This document shows positions 43,401 through 56,200 of a DNA stretch of 64,000 nucleotides, piece after piece. How positions within the stretch are numbered: the stretch's first letter is position 1; every line of letters begins with the position of its first letter. The position numbers were made by a program, and so were the translations under genes. The notes under the pieces were generated by a model that saw nothing but the letters and a program-made list of their open reading frames with translations, was not told the origin of the DNA and made no database searches. Source of the DNA: the human T2T-CHM13v2.0 reference genome, Homo sapiens. Where the stretch lies: assembly GCF_009914755.1 (NCBI RefSeq), contig NC_060933.1; one strand, given 5' to 3'.

Positions 43401-46400
43401 TCCGAATGTAATGGAATGGAATGGAACGGAACGGAATGGAATGGAATGGAATGGAATGGAATGGAATGGAATGGAATGGAATGCAATGGAATGGAATCAA
43501 CCCGAGTGCAATCGAATGGAATCGAATGGAATGGAATGCAAGGGAATGGATTCAACTTGAATGGAATGGAAAGAATGGAATCAACACGAGTGGAAGGGCA
43601 TGGATTGGAATGCAATGGAATGGAATCAACCTGAGTACAGGGGAATGGAATGGAATGGAATGCAATGGAATGGAATCATCCGTAATGGAATGGAAAGGAA
43701 TGGAATGGAATGGAATGGAATGGAATGGAATGGAATGGAATGGAATCGTTCCGAGTGGAATAGGAGGGAATGTATTCGAGTGGAATGGAAAGGAATGGAA
43801 TCAACCAGAGTGGAATGGAAGGGAATGGAATGGAATGGAAACTAATAGAATGGAATCAACCCGAGTGGAATGGAATGGAAAGGACTGGAATGGAATGGAA
43901 CGGAATGGAATCAACTCGATTGTAATGGAATGGAATGGAATGGAATGGAATGGAATGGAATTAACCCGAATACAATGGAATGGAATGGAATGGAACGGAA
44001 TGGAGTGGAATGGAATGGAATCAACCCGAGTGCAGGGGAATGGAATGGAATGGAATGCAATGGAATGGAATCATCCGGAATGGAATGGAATGGAATGGAA
44101 TGCAAAGCAATGGAATCAACTCGATTGCAATGGAATGGAATGGAATGGAAAGGAATACATTGGAATCAACCCGAGTGGAATGGAATGGAAAGGACTGGAA
44201 TGGAGTGGAATGGAATGGAATGGAATGGAATGGAATCAACTCGATTGGAATGGAATGGAATGGAATGGAATGGAATGGAATTAACCCGAATAGAATGGAA
44301 TGGAATGGAATGGAACGGAACGGAACGGAATGGAATGGAATGGAATGGAATGGAATGGAATGGAATGCAATGGAATCAACCCGACTGCAGGGGAATGGAA
44401 TGGAATGCAATGGAATGGAATCATCCGTAATGGAATGGAAAGGAATGGAATGGAATGGAATGGAATGGAATGGAATGGAATGGAATGGAATCAACTCGAT
44501 TGCAATCGAATGGAATGGAATGGAATTAACCCAAATAGAATGGAATGGAATGGAATGGAACGGAACGGAATGGAATGGAATGGAATGGAATGGAATGGAA
44601 TGGAATGGAACGGAACGGAACGGAACGAAATGGAATGGAATGGAATGGAATGGAATGGAATGGAACGGAACGGAACGGAATGGAATGGAATGGAATGGAA
44701 TGGAATGGAATGGAATCAACCCGACTGCAGGGGAATGGAATGGAATGGAATGCAATGGAATGGATTCAACTTGAATGGAATGGAAAGAATGGAATCAACA
44801 CGAGTGGAATGGCATGGATTGGAATGGAATGGAATGGAATGAACCCGAGTACAGGGGAATGGAATGGAATGGAATGCAATGGAATGGAATCATCCGGAAT
44901 GGAATGGAATGGAATGGAATGGAATGGAATGGAATGGAATCAACTCGATTGCAATCGAATGAAATGGAATGGAATTAACCCGAATAGAATGGAATGGAAT
45001 GGAATGGAACGGAACGGAACAGAATGGAATGGAATGGAATGGAATGGAATGGAATGGAACGGAAAGGAATGGAATGGAATGGAATGGAATGGAATGGAAT
45101 GGAATGGAATCAACGCGAGTGCAGGGGAATGGAATGGAATGGAATGCAATGGAATGGAATCTTCCGGAATGGAATGGAATGGAATGGAATGGAATGGAAT
45201 GGATTAAACCCGAGTGCAATGGAATGGAGTGGAATGGAATGGAATGGAATGGAACAGCCCGAATGGAATGGAATGTAATGGAGAGTAAGGGAGTTGAATA
45301 GAACCAATCCGAATGTAATGGAATGGAATGGAACGGAATGGAATTGAATGGAATGGAATGGAATGCAATGGAATGGAATCAACCCGAGTGCAATGGAATG
45401 GAGAGGAATGGAATGGAATGGAATGGAATGGAAACTACCCGAATGGAATGGAATGTAATGGAGTGTAAGGGAATTGAATAGAATCAATACGAATGTAATG
45501 GAATGGAATGGAATGGAATGGAATGCAATGGAATGGAATCAACCCGAGTGCAATCGAATGGAATCGAATGGAATGGAATGCAATGGAATGGATTCAACTT
45601 GAATGGAATGGAAAGAATGGAATCAACACGAGTGGAAGGGCATGGATTAGAATGCAATGGAATGGAATCAACCCGAGTACAGGGGAATGGAATGGAATGG
45701 AATGCAATGGAATGGAATCAACACGATTGCAATCGAATGGAATGGAATGGAATTAACCCGAATAGAATGGAATGGAATGGAATGGAAGGGAACGGAATTG
45801 AATGGAATGGAATCAACCCGAGTGCAGGGGAATGGAATGGAATGGAATGCAATGGAATGGAATCATCCGGAATGGAATGGAATGGAATGGAATGCAAAGC
45901 AATGGAATCAACTCGATTGCAATGGAATGGAATTGAGTGGAAAGGAATACATTGGAATCAACCCGAGTGGAATGGAATGGAAAGGACTGGAATGGAGTGG
46001 AAAGTAATGAAATGGAATGGAATGGAATCAACTCGATTGGAATGGAATGGAATGGCATGGAATGGAATTAACCCGAATAGAATGGAATGGAATGGAATGG
46101 AACGGAACGGAAGGGAATGGAATGGAATGGAATGGAATGGAATGGAATGGAATGGAATGGAATCAACCCGACTGCAGGGGAATGGAATGGAATGGAATGC
46201 AATGGAATGGATTCAACTTGAATGGAATGGAAAGAATGGAATCAACACGAGTGGAATGGCATGGATTGGAATGGAATGGAATGGAATGAACCCAAGTACA
46301 GGGGAATGGAATGGAATGGAATGCAATGGAATGGAATCATCCGTAATGGAATGGAAAGGAATGGAATGGAATGGAATGGAATGGAATGGAATGGAATCAA

Positions 46401-47250
46401 CTCGATTGCAGTCGAATGGAATGGAATGGAATTAACCCGAATAGAATGGGATGGAATGGAATGGAACGGAACGGACCGGAACGGAACGGAATGGAATGGA
46501 ATGGAATGGAATGGAACGGAAAGGAAGGGAATGGAATGGAATGGAATGGAATGGAATGGAATGGAATGGAATGGAATCAACGCGAGTGCAGGGGAATGGA
46601 ATGGAATGGAATGCAATGGAATGGAATCTTCCGGAATGGAATGGAATGGAATGGAATGGAATGGAATGGAATGGAATCAACCCGAGTGCAATGGAATGGA
46701 GTGGAATGGAATGGAATGGAATGGAACAACCCGAATGGAATGGAATGTAATGGAGATTAATGGAGTTGAATAGAATCAATCCGAATGTAATGGAATGGAA
46801 TGGAACGGAATGGAATTGAATGGAATGGAATGGAATGCAATGGAATGGAATCAACCCGAGTTCAATGGAATGGAGAGGAATGGAATGGAATGGAATGGAA
46901 ATTACCCGAATGGAATGAAATGTAATGGAGTGTAAGGGAATTGAATAGAATCAATCCGAATGTAATGGAATGGAATGGAACAGAATGGAATGGAATGGAA
47001 TGGAATGGAATGGAATGGAATGCAATGGAATGGAATCACCCCTAGTGCAATCGAATGGAATCGAATGGAATGGAATGCAATGGAATGGATTCAACTTGAA
47101 TGGAATGGAAAGAATGGAATCAACACGAGTGGAATGACATGGATTGGAATGGAATGGAATGGAATCAACCCGAGTACAGGGGAATGGAATGGAATGGAAT
47201 GCAATGGAATGGAATCATCCGTAATGGAATGGAAAGGAATGGAATGGAAT
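40500..47250 (+). repeat. Tandem duplication with period ~3.2 kb rising to ~3.55 kb after a ~350-bp internal insertion
   Basis: ATCGTTCCGAG at 40541/43744 (3,203), then 41221/44775 = 3,554, 41954/45503 = 3,549 and 42683/46222 = 3,539. Shared variants ACAGCCCGAAT, GAATGAACCCGAG, GCATGGATTAGAATGC and CAACACGATTGCAATC. Confidence 0.8.
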
Positions 47251-50200
47251 GGAATGGAATGGAATGGAATGGAATGGAATGGAATCAACCCGAGTGCAGG
47301 GGAATGGAATGGAATGCAATGGAATGGAATGGAATGGAAAGGAGTGGAATGGAATGGAATCAACCCGAGTGCAGGGGAATGGAATGGAATGGAATGCAAT
47401 GGAATGGAATCATCCGGAATGGAATGGAATGGAATGGAATGCAAAGCAATGGAATCAACTCGATTGCAATGGAATGGAATGGAATGGAAAGGAATACATT
47501 GGAATCAACCCGAGTTGAATGGAATGGAAAGGACTGGAATGGAGTGGAATGGAATGGAATGCAATGGAATGGAATGGAATGGAATCAACTTGATTGGAAT
47601 GGAATGGAATGGAATGGAATGGAATGGAATGGAATGGAATGGAATCAACCCGACTGCAGGGGAATGGAATGGAATGGAATGCAATGTAATGGATTCAACT
47701 TGAATGGAATGGAAAGAATGGAATCAACACGAGTGGAATGGCATGGATTGGAATGGAATGGAATGGAATCAACCCGAGTACAGGGGAATGGAATGGAATG
47801 GAATGCAATGGAATGGAATCATCCGTAATGGAATGGAAAGGAATGGAATGGAATGGAATGGAATGGAATGGAATGGAATCAACTCGATTGCAATCGAATG
47901 GAATGGAATGGAATTAACCCGAATAGAATGGAATGGAATGGAATGGAACGGAACGGAATGGAATGGAATGGAATGGAATGGAATGGAATGGAACGGAACG
48001 GAATGGAATGGAATGGAATGGAATGGAATGGAATCAACGCGAGTGCAGGGGAATGGAATGGAATGGAATGAAATGGAATGGAATCTTCCGGAATGGAATG
48101 GAATTGAATGGAATGGAATGGAATGGTATGGAATAAACCCGAGTGCAATGGAATGGAGTGGAATGGAATGGAATGGAATGGAACAACCCGAATGGAATGG
48201 AAGGTAATGGAGACTAAGGGAGTTGAATAGAATCAATCCAAATGTAATGGAATGGAATGGAACGGAATGGAATTGAATGGAATGGAATGGAATGCAATGG
48301 AATGGAAACTTCCGGAATGGAATGGAATGGAATGGAATGGAATGAAATGCAATGGATTCAACTCGATTGCAATGGAATGGAATAGAACGGAATGGAATGG
48401 AATGGAATGGAACTAATCCGAATAGAATGGAATGGAATGGAATGGGATTAACCTGAATAGAATGGAATGGAATGGAATGGAACGGAATGGAACGGAAAGG
48501 AATGGAATGCAATGGAATGGAATGGAACGGAATGGAATGGTATGGAATGGAATGGAATGGTACGGAATAGAATGGAATGGAACGAATTGTAATGGAATGG
48601 AATTGAATGGAACGGAATGGAATGGAATGGAATCAACGTGAGCGCAGGGGAATGTAATGGAACGGAATGCAATGGAATGGAATCATCCGGAATGGAATGG
48701 AATGGAATGGAATGGAATGGAATGGAATGGAACAACCCGAATGGAATGGAATATAATGGAGAGTAAGGGAGTTGAATAGAATCAATCGGAATGTAATGGA
48801 ATGGAATGCAACGGAATGGAATGGAATGGAATGGAATGGAATGGAATGGAATGCAAAGGAATGGAATCAACCCGAGTGGCATGGCATGGAATGGAATGCA
48901 ATGGAATGGAATGGAATGGTATCAACTCGAGTAGAAATGAATGAAATGGAATGGAAAGGAATGGAATGAAATCAACTCGAGTGGAATGGAATGGAATGGA
49001 TTGGAATGGATTGCAATGGAATGAAATGGAATGGAATGGAATGGAATCAATCATTCCGAGTGGAATGGAAGGGAATGTAAAGGAGTGGAAAGAAGGGAAT
49101 GGAATCAACCCGATTGGAATGCAAGGCAATGGAATGGAATGGAAAGGAATGGAATGGAATCAATTCGATTGCAATGGAATGGAATGGAATGGAATGGAAT
49201 GGAATGGAATGGAATGGAATTAACCGGAATAGAATGGAATGCAATGGAATGGAACGGAATGGAATGGAATAGAAGGTAATGGAATCAACACGAGTGCAGG
49301 GGAATGGAATGGAATGGAATGCAATGGAATGAAATCATCCGGAATGGAATGGAATGGAATGGAATCAACTCCATTGCAATGGAATGGAATGGAATGGAAT
49401 GGAATATAATGGAATGGAATTAACCCGAATAGAATGGAATGCAATAGAATGGAATGGAACGGAACCGAATGGAGTGGAATGGAATGGAATGGAAAGGAAT
49501 GGAATGGAATGGAATGGAATGGAATCAACTCGATTGCAATCGAATGGAATGGAATGGAATTAACCCGAGTAGAATGGAATGGAATGGAATGGAACGGAAC
49601 GGAACGGAATGGAATGGATTGGAATGGAATGGAATGGAATGCAATTGAACGGAATGGAATGGAATGGAATGGAATGGAATGGAATGGAATGGAATCAACG
49701 CGAGTGCAGGGGAATGGAATGGAATGGAATGCAATGGAATGGAATCTTCCGGAATGGAATGGAATGGAATGGAATGGAATGGAATGGAATAAACCCGAGT
49801 GCAATGGAATGGAGTGGAATGGAATGGAATGGAATGGAACAACCCGAATGGAATGGAATGTAATGGAGAGTAAGGGATTTGAATAGAATCAATCCGAATG
49901 TAATGGAATGGAATGGAACGGAATGGAATTGAATGGAATGGAATGGAATGCAATGGAATGGAATCAACCAGAGTTCAATGGAATAGAGAGGAATGGAATG
50001 GAATGGAATGGAAACTACACGAATGGAATGGAATGTAATCGAGTGTAAGGGAATTGAATAGAATCAATCCGAATGTAATGGAATGGAATGTAACGGAATG
50101 GAATGGAATAGAATGGAATGGAATGGAATGCAATGGAATGGAATCAACCCGAGTGCAATCGAATGGAATCGAATGGAATGGAATGCAATGGAATGGATTC

Positions 50201-53200
50201 AACTTGAATGGAATGGAAAGAATGGAATCAACAAGAGTGGAAGGGCATGGATTGGAATGCAATGGAATGGAATCAACCCGAGTACAGGGGACTGGAATGG
50301 AATGGAATGCAATGGAATGGAATAATCCGTAATGGAATGGAAAGGAATGGAATGGAATGGAATGGAATCGAATAGAATGGAATCAACTCGATTGCAATTG
50401 AATGGAATGGAATGGAATTAACCCGAATAGAATGGAATGGAATGGAATGCAACGGAACGGAATGGAATGGAATGGAATGGAATGGAATGGAACGGAAAGG
50501 AAGGGAATGGAATGGAATAGAATGGAATGGAATGGAATCAACGCCAGTGCAGGGGAATGGAATGGAATGGAATGCAATGGAATGGAATCTTCCGGAATGG
50601 AATGGAATGGAATGGAATCAACCCGAGTGCAATGGAATGGAGTGGAATGGAATGGAATGGAATGGAACAACCCGAATGGAATGCAATGTAATTGAGAGTA
50701 AGGGAGTTGAATAGAATCAATCCGAATGTAATGGAATGGAATGGAACGGAATGGAATTGAATGGAATGGAATGGAATGCAATGGAATGCAATCAACCCAA
50801 GTGCAATGGAATGGAGAGGAATGGAATGGAATGGAATGGAAACTACCCGAATGGAATGGAATGTAATGGAGTGTAAGGGAATTGAATAGAATCAATCCGA
50901 ATGTAATGGAATGGAATGGAACGGAATGGAATGGAATGGAATGGAATGGAATGGAATGGAATGAAATGCAATGGGTTCAAATCGATTGCAATGGAATGGA
51001 ATAGAATGGAATGGAATGGAATGGAATGGAATTAATTCGAATAGAATGGAATGGAATGGAATGGAACGGAATGGAACGGAATGGAATGGAATGGAATGGA
51101 ATGGTATTGAATGGAATGGAATGGTACGGAATAGAATGGAATGGAACGAATTGTAATGGAATGGAATTGAATGGAATGGAATGGAATGGAATGGAATCAA
51201 CGCGAGTGCAGGGGAATGTAATGGAACGGAATGCAATGGAATGGAATCATCCGCAATATAATGGAATGGAATGGAATGGAATGGAATCAACCCGAGTGCA
51301 ATGGAATGGAGTGGAATGGAATGGAATGGAATGGAACAACGCGAATGGAATGGAATGTAATGCAGAGTAAGGGAGTTGAATAGAATCAATCCGAATGTAA
51401 TGGGATGGAATGCAACGGAATGGAATGGAATGGAATGCAATGGAATTGAATCAACCCGAGTACAATGGAATGGAATGGAATGGAATGGAATGGAAGGGAA
51501 TGGAATGGAATGGAATGATACGGAATAGAATGGAATGGAACGAAATGGAATGGAATGGAATGGAATGGAATGGAATGGAATCGTTCCGATTGGAATAGGA
51601 GGGAATGTATTCGAGTGGAATGGAAAGGAATGGAATCAACCAGAGTGGAATGGAAGGGAATGGAATGGAATGGAAACTAATAGAATGGAATCAACCCGAG
51701 AGGAATGGAATGGAAAGGACTGGAATGGAATGGAATGGAATGGAATCAACTCGATTGTAATGGAACGGAATGGAATGGAATGGAATGGAATGGAATTAAC
51801 CCGAATACAATGCAATGGAATGCAATGGAACGGAATGGAGTGGAATGGAATGGAATCAACCCGAGTGCAGCGGAATGGAATGGAATGGAATGCAATGGAA
51901 TGGAATCATTCGGAATGGAATGGAATTGAATGGAATGCAAAGCAATGGAATCAACTCGATTGCAATGGAATGGAATGGAATGGAAAGGAATACATTGGTA
52001 TCAACCCGAGTGGAATGGAATGGAAAGGACTGCAATGGAGTGGAATGGAATGGAATGGAATGGAATGGAATCAACTCGATTGGAATGGAATGGAATGGAA
52101 TGGAATGGAATGGAATTAACCCGAATAGAATGGAATGGAATGGAATGGAAAGGAACGGAACGGAATGGAATGGAATGGAATGCAATGGAATGGAATGGAA
52201 ACAACCCGACTGCAGGGGAATGGAATGGAATGGAATGCAATGGAATGGATTCAACTTGAATGGAATGGAAAGAATGGAATCAACACGAGTGGAATGGCAT
52301 GGATTGGAACGGAATGGAATGGAATCAACCCGAGTACAGGGGAATGGAATGGAATGGAATGCAATGGAATGGAATCATCCGTAATGGAATGGAAAGGAAT
52401 GGAATGGAATGGAATGGAATTGAATGGAATGGAATGGAATCAACTCGATTGCAATCGAACGGAATGGAATGGAATTAACCCGAATAGAATGGAATGCAAT
52501 GGAATGGAACGGAACGGAACGGAATGGAATGCATTGGAATGGAATGGAATGGAATGGAATGGAACGGAAAGGAATGGAATGGAATGGAATGGAATGGAAT
52601 GGAATCAACGCGAGTGCAAGGGAATGGAATGGAATGGAATGGAATGGAATCAACTCGATTGGAATGGAATGGAATGGAATGGAATGGAATGGAATGGAAT
52701 TAACCCGAATAGAATGGAATGGAATGGAATGGAACGGAACGGAACGGAATGGAATGGAATGGAATGGAATGGAATGGAATGGAATGGAATGGAATCAACC
52801 CGACTGCAGGGGAATGGAATGGAATGGAATGCAATGGAATGGATTCAACTTGAATGGAATGGAAAGAATGGAATCAACACGAGTGGAATGGCATGGATTG
52901 GAATGGAATGGAATGGAATCAACCCGAGTACAGGGGAATGGAATGGAATGGAATGCAATGGAATGGAATCATCCGTAATGGAATGGAAAGGAATGGAATG
53001 GAATGGAATGGAATGGAATGGAATCAACTCGATTGCAGTCGAATGGAATGGAATGGAATTAACCCGAATAGAATGGAATGGAATGGAATGGAACGGAACG
53101 GAACGGAACGGAACGGAATGGAATGGAATGGAATGGAATGGAACGGAAAGGAATGGAATGGAATGGAATGGAATGGAATGGAATGGAATGGAATGGAATC

Positions 53201-56200
53201 AACGCGAGTGCAGGGGAATGGAATGGAATGGAATGCAATGGAATGGAATCTTCCGGAATGGAATGGAATGGAATGGAATGGAATGGAATGGAATAAACCC
53301 GAGTGCAATGGAATGGAGTGGAATGGAATGGAATGGAATGGAACAACCCGAATGGAATGGAATGTAATGGAGAGTAAGGGAGTTGAATAGAATCAATCCG
53401 AATGTAATGGAATGGAATGGAAAGGAATCGAGTTGAATGGAATGGAATGGAATGCAATGGAATGGAATCAACCCGAGTGCAATGGAATGGAGAGGAATGG
53501 AATGGAATGGAATGGAAACTACCCGAATGGAATGGAATGTAATGGAGTGTAAGGGAATTGAATAGAATCGATCCGAATGTAATGGAATGGAATGGAACGG
53601 AACGGAATGGAATGGAATGGAATGGAATGGAATGGAATGGAATGGAATGGAATGCAATGGAATGGAATCAACCCGAGTGCAATCGAATGGAATCGAATGG
53701 AATGGAATGCAAGGGAATGGATTCAACTTGAATGGAATGGAAAGAATGGAATCAACACGAGTGGAAGGGCATGGATTGGAATGCAATGGAATGGAATCAA
53801 CCTGAGTACAGGGGAATGGAATGGAATGGAATGCAATGGAATGGAATCATCCGTAATGGAATGGAAAGGAATGGAATGGAATGGAATGGAATGGAATGGA
53901 ATGGAATGGAATCGTTCCGAGTGGAATAGGAGGGAATGTATTCGAGTGGAATGGAAAGGAATGGAATCAACCAGAGTGGAATGGAAGGGAATGGAATGGA
54001 ATGGAAACTAATAGAATGGAATCAACCCGAGTGGAATGGAATGGAAAGGACTGGAATGGAATGGAACGGAATGGAATCAACTCGATTGTAATGGAATGGA
54101 ATGGAATGGAATGGAATGGAATGGAATTAACCCGAATACAATGGAATGGAATGGAATGGAACGGAATGGAGTGGAATGGAATGGAATCAACCCGAGTGCA
54201 GGGGAATGGAATGGAATGGAATGCAATGGAATGGAATCATCCGGAATGGAATGGAATGGAATGGAATGCAAAGCAATGGAATCAACTCGATTGCAATGGA
54301 ATGGAATGGAATGGAAAGGAATACATTGGAATCAACCCGAGTGGAATGGAATGGAAAGGACTGGAATGGAGTGGAATGGAATGGAATGGAATGGAATGGA
54401 ATCAACTCGATTGGAATGGAATGGAATGGAATGGAATGGAATGGAATTAACCCGAATAGAATGGAATGGAATGGAATGGAACGGAACGGAACGGAATGGA
54501 ATGGAATGGAATGGAATGGAATGGAATGGAATGCAATGGAATCAACCCGACTGCAGGGGAATGGAATGGAATGCAATGGAATGGAATCATCCGTAATGGA
54601 ATGGAAAGGAATGGAATGGAATGGAATGGAATGGAATGGAATGGAATGGAATGGAATCAACTCGATTGCAATCGAATGGAATGGAATGGAATTAACCCAA
54701 ATAGAATGGAATGGAATGGAATGGAACGGAACGGAATGGAATGGAATGGAATGGAATGGAATGGAATGGAATGGAACGGAACGGAACGGAACGAAATGGA
54801 ATGGAATGGAATGGAATGGAATGGAATGGAACGGAACGGAACGGAACGGAATGGAATGGAATGGAATGGAATGGAATGGAATGGAATCAACCCGACTGCA
54901 GGGGAATGGAATGGAATGGAATGCAATGGAATGGATTCAACTTGAATGGAATGGAAAGAATGGAATCAACACGAGTGGAATGGCATGGATTGGAATGGAA
55001 TGGAATGGAATGAACCCGAGTACAGGGGAATGGAATGGAATGGAATGCAATGGAATGGAATCATCCGGAATGGAATGGAATGGAATGGAATGGAATGGAA
55101 TGGAATGGAATCAACTCGATTGCAATCGAATGAAATGGAATGGAATTAACCCGAATAGAATGGAATGGAATGGAATGGAACGGAACGGAACAGAATGGAA
55201 TGGAATGGAATGGAATGGAATGGAATGGAACGGAAAGGAATGGAATGGAATGGAATGGAATGGAATGGAATGGAATGGAATCAACGCGAGTGCAGGGGAA
55301 TGGAATGGAATGGAATGCAATGGAATGGAATCTTCCGGAATGGAATGGAATGGAATGGAATGGAATGGAATGGAATAAACCCGAGTGCAATGGAATGGAG
55401 TGGAATGGAATGGAATGGAATGGAACAGCCCGAATGGAATGGAATGTAATGGAGAGTAAGGGAGTTGAATAGAATCAATCCGAATGTAATGGAATGGAAT
55501 GGAACGGAATGGAATTGAATGGAATGGAATGGAATGCAATGGAATGGAATCAACCCGAGTGCAATGGAATGGAGAGGAATGGAATGGAATGGAATGGAAT
55601 GGAAACTACCCGAATGGAATGGAATGTAATGGAGTGTAAGGGAATTGAATAGAATCAATACGAATGTAATGGAATGGAATGGAATGGAATGGAATGCAAT
55701 GGAATGGAATCAACCCGAGTGCAATCGAATGGAATCGAATGGAATGGAATGCAATGGAATGGATTCAACTTGAATGGAATGGAAAGAATGGAATCAACAC
55801 GAGTGGAAGGGCATGGATTAGAATGCAATGGAATGGAATCAACCCGAGTACAGGGGAATGGAATGGAATGGAATGCAATGGAATGGAATCAACACGATTG
55901 CAATCGAATGGAATGGAATGGAATTAACCCGAATAGAATGGAATGGAATGGAATGGAAGGGAACGGAATTGAATGGAATGGAATCAACCCGAGTGCAGGG
56001 GAATGGAATGGAATGGAATGCAATGGAATGGAATCATCCGGAATGGAATGGAATGGAATGGAATGCAAAGCAATGGAATCAACTCGATTGCAATGGAATG
56101 GAATTGAGTGGAAAGGAATACATTGGAATCAACCCGAGTGGAATGGAATGGAAAGGACTGGAATGGAGTGGAAAGTAATGAAATGGAATGGAATGGAATC

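Larger units (their letters stand above)
1..50833 (+). repeat. One macro-period of a ~50.8-kb higher-order repeat
   Basis: Sequence 1-~1800 recurs at offset 50,833, with identical ORF translations at 59/50892, 138/50971 and 702/51535. Private variants GGGTTCAAATCGATT, CATCCGCAATAT, TCGTTCCGATT and GAGTGCAGCGG are shared. Sequence 1-3006 recurs at offset 60,994 (61053, 63229, 63592). Confidence 0.85.

Noticed and set aside
40500-47250. ~3.55-kb period resembling the Y-chromosome DYZ1 3.56-kb unit
   Set aside because: The period is local (under two copies, and 3.2 kb at its start). The rest of the array lacks a 3.56-kb periodicity, so the match appears coincidental.
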